A stretch of 64,000 nucleotides of DNA. Source: Octopus vulgaris (taxonomy: Eukaryota). Below are positions 50,718-63,535 of the stretch, in pieces. The DNA is taken from contig OX597822.1 in assembly GCA_951406725.2 (NCBI GenBank), forward strand, positions 100,812,001-100,876,000. The letters run 5' to 3'. The stretch's first letter is position 1; each line of letters opens with the position of its first letter. A program made the translations under genes and the position numbers. The notes under the pieces are model-generated. The model searched no databases, was not told where the DNA came from, and was given only the letters and a program-made list of their open reading frames with translations.

Positions 50718-51428
50718 TGTGTGTGCCACTTAAACATACATGAGAACACATACGTTCACTCACTCACATACACACTCTCTCTCTCACACACGCACATGCA
50801 CACGTACATACAAAATAGATGTATTGATGCATGTACGTATACATGATAACACGGGGAGACAATGTGTGTGTATATGTTACAGATAGCGAACGTGTGTTTG
50901 TGTCGGTCGACAAGCCATGACATTCATTATATGTGTGTGTATTCTGGATGTGTGTATGAGTGTTGACGTCATGGAAGCCACGTATTTTTTTCATAAAGAA
51001 ATAACAAAAATTGTGTTTAATCATTTAAATAGAGGTTCAAATGTCACAAAATGGTAAGTGTGAAAATAAATATGTAAAAAAAAATTAAGATAAAATATAC
51101 TATTTCTGAGATATTTCAGCTACACACAAACCTCCCTAGAGTTTTAGTATTATCAAGATACATACATACATGCATACATACGTACATACATACATATCAA
51201 ATAGCTAGAATTCGGAAAAAAAAACTAGTAGGAGTAACACTGTTACAAAATTGTATGGCTACCTTACTGTAGCGTATAGGGGGAATACTTGAGGCTTATA
51301 ATGGAATGTTCAGTGCTTATAGTAAAACACCATTTAATAGCAAACACTACACGTATGTTGATGGGTGCTACATCACTATTACTAAAATGTATGCACAGGA
51401 GATGCTTGCAAGCTTGCATTCACCTTCA

Positions 51429-51817
51429 GGGGAAGCACTCCGTCGGTTACGACGATGAGGGTTCCGGTTGATCCGAATCAACGGAACAGCCTGCTCCTGA
51501 AATTAACGTGTAAGTGGCTGAGCACTCCACAGATACGTGCACCCTTAACGTAGTTCTCGGGGATATTCAGCGTGACACAGAGAGTGACAAGGCCGGCCCC
51601 TGGAAATACAGGTACAACAGAAGCAGGAAGTAAGAGTGAGAGAAAGTTGTGGTGAAAGAGTACAGCAGGGGTCACCACCATCCCCTGCCGGAGCCTCGTG
51701 GAGCTTTTAGGTGTTTTCGCTTAATAAACACTCACAACGCCCGGTCTGGGAATCGAAACCGCGATCCTATGACCGCGAGTCCGCTGTCCTAACCACTGGG
51801 CCATTGCGCCTCCACAT
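51429..51817 (-). mobile_element. SINE C, tail type 2, full length with 11-bp TSD
   Basis: TSD ATTCACCTTCA at 51418-51428 and 51818-51828. Same head as 4034-4419 and same tail as 42313-42627. Confidence 0.9.
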
Positions 51818-52037
51818 ATTCACCTTCAAGCACAATAGACACATGCGTCATACACTCATTGTGGTGGGAAACATGTTTCATAAACAGCGCTATTGGTGAA
51901 CACTGGTAAACGTCACTGTCTGAATTCGGACAAAAGAATGACTTTGATAAGCCTAAAAGCATTCAATTAATCGCTAGATTCAGTGGTTCTCATGCTGCGA
52001 CATTTATATTTTCCTCATCTCCAAACCCAATAAACAT

Positions 52038-52372
52038 ATGATTGATTGATTGATTGATTCTAGTTTCAGCTCATGAGCTGTGGCCATGCTGGGGCACCGC
52101 CATTTGGTGTTGCTACATGGTTTTTACTTCACGGATGCTTTTTAGCAACTGCCATTTGGTGCATGAGAGAGTTCGATGCAGCTGCCCTCATCTGCACCTC
52201 CTGCCGTGAAGTTGGTTCATCTGGGACACCCGACAAGAAGAGATCCAGTTTCATTTTAAAGACATCTGCATCCACCCCATGCAGGTCTCTTAGATTCTTC
52301 GGGAGGATATTGAAGAGCTGTGGGCCTCGGAAGCCCAGGCTATCACAGTATCCTGTCCTACATCTTGATGGT
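52038..52372 (-). mobile_element. 5'-truncated LINE 3' end (CR1/L2/Jockey-group-like ORF2 C-terminus, 3' UTR and (AATC)n tail)
   Basis: SLGFRGPQLFNILPKNLRDL..DVFKMKLDLFLSGVPDEP..RAAASNSL fits the post-RT C-terminal pattern (xxFNxLP..FKxxLD) of CR1-group LINEs. It ends GGCGGTGCCCCAGCATGGCCACAGCTCATGAGCTGAAACTAG(AATC)n. The clade assignment is tentative. Confidence 0.8.
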
Positions 52373-52616
52373 ATATATATGATATATATATGCGTCATAC
52401 ATTCGTCTCTTTATTTGGCGAGAAACGTGTTTCACAGACAGCACGATCGGCGAGCAACAACGAACACCGCTGTATGAATTCGTAGAGGTATGACTTTGAT
52501 AAATCTAAAAAAACATTTAGCTAATCGCTAGATCAGTGGTTACCAAACTTTTTTTGCCGCGGAATCCTTCGACTTTATTTTTAAAAACCTAGAACCCCTC
52601 TCTTTTTTTTTTCTTT

Positions 52617-52830
52617 TACTCTCTTTTACTTGTTTCAGTCATATGACTGCGGCCATGCCGGAGCACCGCCTTTAGTCGAGCAAATCGACCCAGGACTTAT
52701 TCTTTGTAAGCCTAGTACTTATTCTATCGGTCTCTTTTTGCCGAACCGCTAAGTTACGGGGACGTAAACACACCAGCATCAGTTGTCAAGCGATGTTGGG
52801 GGGGGGGGGACAAACACAGACACACAAACA

Positions 52831-52906
<76 letters not shown>

Positions 52907-54226
52907 CACGACGGGCTTCTTTCAGTTTCCGTCTGCCAAATCCACTCACAAGGCTTTGGTCGGCCCGAGGCTATAGTAGGAGACACTTGCCCAAGGTACC
53001 ACGCAGTGGGACTGAACCCGGAACCATGTGGTTCGTAAGCAAACTACTTACCACACATAGCCACTCCTGCGCCTGAAAACTTTCAAGGAACACTGGGGGT
53101 TTTGCAGAACACACTCTGGGAATCTCTGCTCCAGATTAACAACTTGACACCATATTATGGACATTTACTGGTAACTGCACAAGACATCCTGCAACTTTTT
53201 TTCTAAAGAGAAAGTGTAAATATTTATAAGACCTACACAGTCTTGTTTATGGGTCGTATTATTTACTCTTTACTCTTTTACTTGTTTCAGTCATTTGACT
53301 GCGGCCATGCTGGAGCACCGCCTTTAATCGAGCAACTCGACCCCGGGACTTATTCTTATTGTAAGCCCAGTACTTATTCTATCGGTCTCTTTTGCCGAAC
53401 CGCTAAGTAACGGGGACATAAACACACCAGCATCGGTTGTCAAACACACACATACATACATATATATATATATATATACATATATACGACGGGCTTCTTT
53501 CAGTTTCCGTCTACTAAATCCACTCACAAGGCTTTGGTCGGCCCGAGGCTATAGTAGGAGACACTTGCCCAAGGTACCACGCAGTGGGACTGAACCCGGA
53601 ACCATGTGGTTCGTAAGCAAGCTACTTACCACACATAGCCACTCCTGCGCCTGAAAACTTTCAAGGAACACTGGGGGTTTTGCAGAACACACTCTGGGAA
53701 TCTCTGCTCCAGATTAACAACTTGACACCATATTATGGACATTTACTGGTAACTGCACAAGACATCCTGCAACTTTTTTTCTAAAGAGAAAGTGTAAATA
53801 TTTATAAGACCTACACAGTCTTGTTTATGGGTCGTATTATTTACTCTTTACTCTTTTACTTGTTTCAGTCATTTGACTGCGGCCATGCTGGAGCACCGCC
53901 TTTAATCGAGCAACTCGACCCCGGGACTTATTCTTATTGTAAGCCCAGTACTTATTCTATCGGTCTCTTTTGCCGAACCGCTAAGTAACGGGGACATAAA
54001 CACACCAGCATCGGTTGTCAAACACACACATACATACATACATATATATATATAAATATATACGACGGGCTTCTTTCAGTTTCCGTCTACTAAATCCACT
54101 CACAAGGCTTTGGTCGGCCCGAGGCTATAGTAGAAGACACTTGCCCAAGGTGCCACGCAGTGGGACTGAACCCGGAACCATGTTGTTGGTCAGCAAGCTA
54201 CTTACCACACAGCCACTCCTGCGCCT
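52617..54226 (-). repeat. Three SINE A copies separated by two identical ~190-bp spacers (578-bp tandem duplication)
   Basis: GCCTGAAAACTTTCAAGGAACACTGGGGG at 53071 and 53649. The spacers are identical by eye. Confidence 0.93.
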
Positions 54227-54534
54227 ATTTTGATGCATAAAATTGGTAATATAACTGTATTTCATTGTGTTTTTGTTTTTATTCGCTTAGAGATCAGTTG
54301 AGCTTCTGCTGCTGATAAGGAAATTCGGACTCTAGCTTGAATTTCAGCCCCTAAAAAGTAGTATCCATGTAATCGTCGACCCCGTAAATTTGACTTTAAA
54401 AAGTGGTCTAAAAATTCGACTTTTACACGAGTATATATATGCGGTATTTTTAGCCTTGCACTTAAATTACTATGGTGGTGGTTTGTGGTCTGTGACGGGA
54501 CATTGATACACCCCCTCCTTACCTAAAGTGTGTA

Positions 54535-54593
<59 letters not shown>

Positions 54594-54782
54594 GTGGGGG
54601 TGGATTCGTCGCCGCTATCGCTGACGTCACCGCTATCATCGTTATTATCGCCTTTGTTATCGTCGTCACCGCCGCCTCCACAGCAGCTGTCACCGTCGCC
54701 ACCGTCACTCTCATCGTCATTGTCATTGTTGTTGTCGTCGTCGTAGACGTCGGTGTCGTCGCTGCCGCTGCTGCTGTTGCTG

Positions 54783-55008
54783 TTGAGCGAACGGTCTTCG
54801 TCCCAGAGCTCGCAAGGTGATGGGAGACGTCCGAAACGTGGTCCTTTGCTATTATCGTAAGACCTGCAGAAGAAGAGAAAGCAGGTCAACCCCCGACGAC
54901 ACCGAGAGTATCGACGAATGGATGACTGCGCATCCAGGCTCAGCGGTTGCGTAGGAAGTCGGGGACAAGAAATAGGAAGAAAGTTGGGGCGAAAGAGTAC
55001 AACAGGGA
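54783..55008 (-). mobile_element. SINE C tail-type-1 fragment
   Basis: GTCCGAAACGTGGTCCTTTGCTATT..GAGAAAGCAGGTCAACCCCC..CATCCAGGCTCAGCGGTTG matches 4060-4275. Confidence 0.8.
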
Positions 55009-55250
55009 TATACACACACATACATACATACATACATACATACATACATCACGCCGGGCGAAATGCTTGATGGTATTTCGTCTGCCGCTACGTTCTGAGT
55101 TCAAATTCCGCCGAGGTCGACTTTGCCTTTCATCCTTTCGGGGTCGATAAATTAAGTACCAGTTACGCACTGGGGTCGATATAATCGACTTAATCCGTTT
55201 TCTGTCCTTGTTTGTCCCCTCTGTGTTTAGCCCCTTGTGGGTAATAAAGA

Positions 55251-55288
<38 letters not shown>

Positions 55289-55317
55289 GGAGTAAACACA
55301 TAAATTTGAGACATAAA

Positions 55318-55386
<69 letters not shown>

Positions 55387-55608
55387 GGAGTAAACACATA
55401 AATGTGAGACATAAAGTATATATATTAGTTTTTCCTGGAGGGCTGGCCGGATCTAGTAATCTCAAGATTAATCAGCCGAAATTACTACGATGATCCGGTT
55501 CTTGACTGAAGACTGAGGGCTTCGAATGTCCTGTCTGTGTTTGTTGTATCGTCTTCTAAGTGTTATGCGTTCTTGTCACAGTTTGTATTTTTCTACATAT
55601 CATAATAC

Positions 55609-55748
<140 letters not shown>

Positions 55749-56424
55749 AATGTTTTTATATATAATGAACGTGAAATACAGGAAGGGACGAACACGGAAC
55801 ACAGACAAATCATTCGAAGCCTTCAATCTTCAGTCAGACACCGAATCATCATAGCAAATTTCGATATATATAGATATATATATATATATATATATATATA
55901 CGATAGGCTTCTTTCAGTTTCCGTCCACCAAATCCACTCACAAGGCTTTGGTCGGCCCGAGGCTATAGTAGATGACACTGCCCAAGGTGCCACGCAGTGT
56001 GACTAAACCCAGAGCCATGTGGTGGGGAAGCAGCCACGCCTGCGCCTATATAAATGTAAATACACATAAACACTTTTTATTAATACATTTCTTTTATCTG
56101 CTTTTGTACAGCAATTATTATTATTATTCTTATTCTTATATTCAGTGGGCGACCGACAATAAAATAAGGTTGGGAACTTCTGACGCTGAGAATTGCATCC
56201 AATGTTTCTTTTGTTTGGTTTGTTACGTCATGAATCTAATTTTAAATTTTACTCATTAAATTGCTTTTTACTCTTCCGGAATTGAAAAAAACTCAAAACA
56301 ACTACTCATATTTGTTCCATCGACTGTTCTGTCGCGGCATCCACCTCCACCTTCGCCGCCTCTGCTGCCGCCACCGCCACCTCTGCCATCGGGGTCGCCG
56401 TCAACGTCGATGTGATTTGGAGCA

Positions 56425-57443
56425 ATATTGATTTCAAATTTTAGCACAAGGCCAGAAATTTCGGGGGAACGGTATATTGATTACATAAGGCGGCGAGCTG
56501 GCAGAAACGTTAGCACGCCGGGCGAAATGCTTAACGGTATTTCGTCAGCCGTTACGTTCTGAGTTCAAATTCCGCCGAGGTCGACTTTGCCTTTCATCCT
56601 TTCGGGGTCGATAAATTAAGTACCAGTTACGCACTGGGATTGATGTAATCGACTTAATCCGTTCGTCTGTTCTTGTTTGTCCCCTCTATGTTTAGCCCCT
56701 TGTGCATAATAAAGAAATAGGTATATTGATTACATCGACCCAGTATTCAACTGGTACTTATCTCATCGACTCCGAATGGATGAAAGCCAAAGCCGACCGC
56801 AGTCGATTTTGAATTCAGATCGTAAAGACAGACGAAATACCTATTTCTTTACTACCCACAAGGGGCTAAACACAGGGGGGGGGACAAACAAGGACAGACA
56901 AACAGATTAAGTCGATTACATCGACCCCAGTGCGTAACTGGTACTTAATTTATCGACCCCGAAAGGATGAAAGGCAAAGTCGACCTTGGCGGAATTTGAA
57001 CTCAGAACGTGCCGGCAGACGAAATACCTATTTCTTAACTACCCACAAGGGGCTAAACACAGCGAGGACAAACAAGGACAGACAAACGGATTAAGTCGAT
57101 TATATGGACCCCAGTGCGTAACTGGTACTTATTTAATCGACACCGAAAGGATGAAAGGCAAAGTCGACCTCGGCGGAATTTGAACTCAGAACGTAACGGC
57201 AGACGAAATACCTATTTCTTTACTACCCACAAGAGGCTAAACTCAGAGAGGACAAAGAAGGACAGACTAACGGATTAATTCGATTATATGGACCCCAGTG
57301 CGTAACTGGTACATAATTTATCGACCCCGAAAGGATGAAAGGCAAAGTCGACCTCGGCGGAATTTGAACCCAGATCGTAACGGCAGACGAAATGCCATTA
57401 AGCATTTTACCCGGCATGCTAATAATTCCGCTAGCTTGCCACC
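56425..57443. mobile_element. SINE B nest: an old minus-strand copy expanded by three extra bodies, plus a plus-strand copy (56489-56719) with 16-bp TSD
   Basis: TSD GGTATATTGATTACAT at 56471-56486 and 56720-56735. GACGAAATAC|CTATTTC junctions at ~56840, ~57027 and ~57211. Confidence 0.88.
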
Positions 57444-58444
57444 TTAGATGGTAAGCAATATTACTTACCCACTTCTCCGAAATTGCTGGCCTTGTGCCAA
57501 AATTTGAAACCAATATTATTAATATCTTTTCTGAGTTCAAATTCCGTCGTGGTTGACTTTGACTTTTATCCTTTCAGGGTCGATAAAATAAGTACCAGCT
57601 GAGCTCTGGTGTCGATGCAATCGACTTACCCCTTTCTCCAAAAATACTGGTCTTATGCCAAAATTTGAAACCAACATTATCAACATCTTACAGACTGAAG
57701 AGAACTTACTGTCCAGAAGCAAGCCTCAGTTTTGTAAGCAACTTGAAATTCAATTCGTTCTTGAATCTAGTTAGTCCTTATCAGCTGTAATTGTTAAACC
57801 TGCTGATGACAATAATGGTCCACATGCTGTTGACTTAGTCTCTTCTCAGCCATCCCAGACTTTTACCGATGGGATTCAAGAACTAGTGATCTATCGTAGT
57901 TCGACAAACTCATGTTGAAAAGTTAATACCTTCCCCATATCAAGCAAAATTTACGGTATTAACTTAATTTTTTCTTTATGTACTGTGATGTTACTAACAT
58001 TATTTTTATTATTGCTGAGCGAGAGAACAGCACACGCCATCAAAGTGAGCCTGAGGTACAAATATACGATCCCCAATATACCCATCATGACTACTCGTCT
58101 GATAAGGGCCCATCAGGCACATGCATCACAACCATATGTCCACGACACGATATCCTTATATCAAGATAAACAACGTACGACCTTGCGGGTGGAGATCCAG
58201 GTAGAATTTTCTTCAGGTCGAGTAGTCCATCCCCTCAAAAGGTCCTTGAATAAGGGTTGTTTAAGGACGAAGAACGAAACACCCATGTTTCACCGTTAAA
58301 AACGATTTATTTCGTACTCTTCTGTCGTTTACTTGTTTCAGTCGTTGGACTAGAGTTATGCTGGGGCGCTGCCGAGGGTGGGACGGGAGTTCGTCGGGCA
58401 AATCGACCCCAGTGCTTATTTGTAAGTGTGGTACTTATTCTATA

Positions 58445-58879
58445 AGGCGGCGAGCTAGCAGAAACGTTAGCGCGCCTGGCGAAATGCTTAGTGGTATTTC
58501 GTCTGCCACTACGTTCTGAGTTCAAATTCTACTGAGGTCGACTTTGCCTTTCATCCTTTCGGGGCCGATAAATTAAGTACCGGTTACGCACTGGGCGGAA
58601 TTTGAACTCAGAAATACCTATTTAATCGACTTAATCCGTTTGTCTGTCCTTGTTTGTCCTCTCTGTGTTTAGCCCCTTGTGGGTAGTAATGCAATAGGTA
58701 TTTCGTCTGCCGCTACGTTCTGAGTTCAAATTCCGCCGAGGTCGGCTTTGCTTTTCATCCCTTTGGGGTCGATTAAATAAGTACCAGTTACGCACAGGAG
58801 TCGATATAATCGACTTAATCCGTTTGTCTGTCCTTGTTGTCCTCTCTTTGTTTAGCCCTTTGTAGGTAGTAAAGAAATA
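58445..58879 (+). mobile_element. SINE B dimer inserted in an old SINE A
   Basis: TSD GGTACTTATTCTAT at 58430-58443 and 58880-58893. Internal junction ..AATA|GGTATTTCGTC at ~58697. Confidence 0.88.
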
Positions 58880-59474
58880 GGTACTTATTCTATTGGTCTA
58901 TCCTTTGCAGAACACTAAATTACAATGACGCAAACTAACCAGCACCGGTGGTAGGGGACAAACATATCAATACACTCTCATACATACATATATAATATAT
59001 GACGAACGTCTTTCAGGTTTCCACTTTCCAGTTCCGCTCACAAGCCTTTGGTCGATCCGGGGCTATAAGACACTTGCCCCCAAGTGCCGTGCAATGCTAC
59101 TGAACCCAAGACATGATTGGGAAAAAACGCATTTCAATCTCACACCCACACCTGTGTCACTACATTGCGTAGATATTGTTACTGGTTTTGTTTTGTTCAG
59201 AGGGCAGACGATAGAAAAAAAATAAGGTTGGGAACTACAGGCACTCAGCATTACATTCAATGATTTAGGTCGTTTGATTTGTTACGTCATGAATCTAATT
59301 TAAAATTTTCCCCCACCAAATTGTTTGTCATTTTTCTGGAATTGATAAGTAGCTACAGATATCTGTTTCACCCGACTATGTGTGTGTTTCCCCTCATTAT
59401 CTCTTTCACTCTCTCTCCATTTCTCTCCATCGCTCTCTCTTTCTAGATATATAAACACACACGCAGATGTATGT

Positions 59475-59476
<2 letters not shown>

Positions 59477-59535
<59 letters not shown>

Positions 59536-60051
59536 TTATATAAGTACATATCCAATATTGTACGGATGCATTTTACTAATTTGACTGTACGGCTGATAAT
59601 TCGCTTGCCACTCGTGATTGTTTTTTAAAAAATACCATACCTTATATATATTATATATACATATATATACATACATATATACATACATATATAAATATAC
59701 ATACATATATACATACATAATACATATACATAAATATATATACATATATAGATAGATATACATACACACACATATATATATATATATACATACACACACA
59801 CATATATATATATACATACATATATATATATACACATACATATATATATATATACACATATATATATACACATACATATATATACATATATATATATACA
59901 TATATATATACATATATATACATATATATATATACACATACACGCACACACACATATATATATATACATATATATATACACACATATATATATACACATA
60001 TATATATATACATATATATATATATACACACATATATATATATACACATAT

Positions 60052-60109
<58 letters not shown>

Positions 60110-60116
60110 GTGTGTA

Positions 60117-60169
<53 letters not shown>

Positions 60170-60323
60170 ATAAAACGGTAAGATAACAAAAGAAAGAAAG
60201 AGACCTCAATATTATGTAAATAGAGGAAATTTATCTATACAATATGTTACATTACTCAGAGTTTTATCTTGACTACCGAGTAATGTAACATATTATTGTA
60301 TATATATATATATATATATATAT

Positions 60324-60379
<56 letters not shown>

Positions 60380-60380
60380 G
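59477..60380. repeat. Long compound (TA)/(CA)/(TACA) microsatellite field with short embedded inserts
   Basis: Directly visible. Confidence 0.93.
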
Positions 60381-60714
60381 CTACATATGTGGAAAATCGG
60401 TGTGTGTTTGTTTGTGGAGTTGTTAGCTAACTCCTCCTACATCGTTTTATTGATTTCGATGAAACTTGACACGTGAGTGGAGCTCATGCCTGGAAACTTC
60501 GTGACATACTTAGATTGTTGAAAAAAATCGAGAATACAGCCCCTAGAAGGGACCTTTATATCTACCTCATATAACTATTTTTAAAAAAACACCCAAGGGA
60601 AATAACCCATAGCACTCGTACAATATTTTTTTTTTTAAACTCTCAAAGGAAGTAACCCGTTTCTTTGTATGCTTCATTTCTCTCACGTTCTAAAACTCGT
60701 TGGTTTTCTTTTTT

Positions 60715-62011
60715 GAGAGCATTTGAGAGAATCCTTAGGTTATTTAAAACACTGAACTCTTCTTTTGATTCTGAAGAAAAGATCCCCCAAATTCTTGTAG
60801 AATTCTTCAATCTTCAATAATCCGCTGAGCGAAGGCTACTTATATCTTGTTAAGTTTTGAATGTTTTTAGCAACAGGATTATGAAGATAGAATAGAGAGA
60901 AAATAACATTATTGAAGTGCTTGGCTGTTTAAAAGAACTCGTTGCAGGAAAGAATTAACGAAATGTTTATTCCTCTCAGTGTGAAGGATTGCCTTAATAA
61001 TGACGATGTCAAATCTGAAGAGAGAAAGAAATTTCCACTTGAAGTTGATAACTATTATGGCACTTGCCATGACTATTTTGAGAAATGGGTTTTGTCTTTT
61101 AAAAATTTTGATAACTTTACCTGGATGTTATTAGATACATTTCCAGCATGGGAACATGTATAATCGTCTTGTCTAGTGTTAAAGAACAAAGGTATAAAAA
61201 TTGACACCATTCTTTTCTATCAGCGGTCACCATTTAAAGAAAAACCCTTGCTAAAGAGATGTAGATGAAACTGACGAATGGAAGACCAGACTGTGCCATG
61301 AAAGATGGTTTTCTATCCTTCAGTAGATTGAATTTCCAAAACAATACTCCGAGTTGTTAATTTTGTGTTAGTTCTTATTTAGGAATGTGAAGACGCAGGC
61401 TGGAAAGCAGAGCATTTTCCAATCGAAGTCGGATATAGAGGGTTTGTTGGACACAGTGTGAGGCGACTGTTGTTATCGTTAGGCCTAACTCATCGTAAAG
61501 TCAATACCACCATGACCGATATCCAAACTACAGTGGAGAAGGCTAGCCACTGGATTTGGTTAAAAAGAGACGATGAGCGATGGCTAGAAGAATATTGAGC
61601 TTTATTTGATAACCAGCTGATCTAGCAAGTGGGGCCTCATATCAGTGAGGGAAGGGGCGGTGCGCATTGATGCCGTCGAGAGGTAGGCCCCGAAATGGCG
61701 CGCATTCTCTCCTGATGACCCCATACACTTGCTGGCTTCCGGTACGCGGAGTTTTTGACTGGTAGCACTTGCATGTGCAAGTTGTTTGCAAGACATCTAG
61801 CATACCCGCGCATAATGCTAACGTTAAGCATGTCTTCTCAATGGCAAATGTTCAGTGGACTGAAAAACGAAATAAGTTGGATGTGGTTACTGTAGAAGCT
61901 ATCTTACAATGCACATGGAACCTCAACTGTCAATGTAAAGAATTTTATAGGCACGTGTTAGAAAACAAGGACCTGTTAACAAAAGCCAAATCATCAGTGA
62001 CATATAACTGA
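60715..62011 (+). pseudogene. Decayed hAT-type transposase (C-terminal half), interrupted by a retroelement
   Basis: Stop- and frameshift-riddled fragments (..VDNYYGTCHDYFEKW..FTWMLL..; ..W..QYSELLILC*FLF) continue after the insertion as SIPAHNANVKHVFSMANVQWTEKRNKL..VEAIL, which matches the hAT dimerisation motif (SIPxxNAxxERxFS..W..RNxL). Confidence 0.8.
61383..61798 (+). mobile_element. 5'-truncated Hero/R2-superfamily non-LTR retrotransposon 3' end
   Basis: Open frame 61383-61598 ECEDAGWKAEHFPIEVGYRGFVGHSVRRLLLSLGL..VEKASHWIWLKR..* matches the C-terminus of the restriction-like endonuclease region of Hero-type elements (GW..PxEVGxRGF..EKASxWxWxKR). It is followed by a ~200-bp GC-richer 3' UTR. 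Confidence 0.82.
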
Positions 62012-62460
62012 AAGTAAAGGTTCAAGTTTAATTTTTGAGCGGTCAGTTAAGAAAATTTTTCATACAAGTTTATCAGTTTTGTTTCTTTTCATGTTCTCCA
62101 AATGAAACACAACTTTTTAGCCGATTTTCTGTATTGTTTGCATTAAATAATTTTCTAAATTTTTTCTTTTGTAATTTTCTATTTGTTTCTATTGAATTAG
62201 AATTTTGCAAGGATTTCACTTTTGCGATTTAACAGATTTTTGTTTTTGCTAATTTCTCTGTTTCTGTATTTTTTTACTCTTTTACTTGTTTCAGTCATAT
62301 GACTGTGTGGCCATGCTAAAGCACCGCCTTTAGTCGAGCAAATCAACCCCAGGACTTATTCTTTGTAAGCCAAGTACTTATTCTATTGGTCGCTTTTCCG
62401 AAACACTAAGTTATGGGGACGTAAACACACCAGCATCGGTTCTCAAGCGATGCTGGGGGT

Positions 62461-62525
<65 letters not shown>

Positions 62526-63027
62526 ACACACAGACACACACACACATATATATATATGTATATACGACGGGCTTCTTTCAGTTTCCGTCTACCAAATCCA
62601 TTCACAAGGCTTTGGTCGGCCCGAGGCTATAGTAGAAGACCACAGCCACTCCTACACCTATATTAAAGACACTTGAACAGAATTTTTTTTAGCTTGTATT
62701 AAATAGTTTTGAAATGAATTTACTTTAGTTTTTCTCACAACCCATTAAAATAATTGCTTTTAATTTTTAACTTATGTCTCTACTTCTATATAATATATTG
62801 TTCTGGGTGTGTAGACTTGTATAAGTTTATATATATAATAATAATAATGAAATTATTGTATACAGTGCTCAGGTGCACCACAACTTGTCAAAAGTGCGTA
62901 TAAAGCATATGCAGTAATGTTCAAATGTCTGGGAAGTGAACAGTGTATGAGTCAGATATATGCTTGCGTGTGTATATACATAGATTTTAAAAGTGCCCCG
63001 TATATCTAATTTTCTAATCTGGCAACC

Positions 63028-63270
63028 ACATACATACATACATACATACATACATACATACATACATACATACATACATACATACATACATACATACATA
63101 CATACATACGTCTCTGGAAATACCTTAACTTTACACCCTATCAGGTTCTATGTATGTATGTATGTATGTATGTATGTATGTATGTATGTATGTATGTATG
63201 TATGTATGTATGTATGTATGTATGTATGCATGTATGTTTGTATGTACGTGTGTGTGTGTGTGTGTGTGTG
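63028..63270. repeat. Opposed (CATA)n and (TATG)n arrays separated by ~40 bp
   Basis: (CATA)n at 63028-63108 and (TATG)n at 63149-63245. Confidence 0.92.
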
Positions 63271-63535
63271 ACGTAATCACGTAACCGACCAGGCTATCAA
63301 ATGTTGTTACACATCGCTGGTCCTAATGCGTTGTGCATGGTTTTTGCCTTCAAACAAAGCTGCCCCGCCGGCTATGCGAGCAGGCCAACATTACCCCACC
63401 AGGTGGAAAGGGGGACTGAAGCAACGTGACATGCATTGTTTTGCGCAAGAACACAACGCGCCGCCTAATCAGGGAATCGAACCACGATCTAGCGATCGTG
63501 AACGCAACAGCTTAATCACGAGGCTATGCATTTTT
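63271..63535 (-). mobile_element. Decayed SINE E-related element
   Basis: Minus strand has a tRNA-like head (GGTTCGATTCCC) and GTGTTCTTGCGCAAAACAATGCATGTCACGTTGCTTCAGTCC. Confidence 0.6.

Noticed and set aside
54470-55045. 191-aa acidic D/G/S-rich ORF
   Set aside because: It is a composite of microsatellites, a degenerate GTC/GCC/ATC trinucleotide tract and a SINE C fragment.
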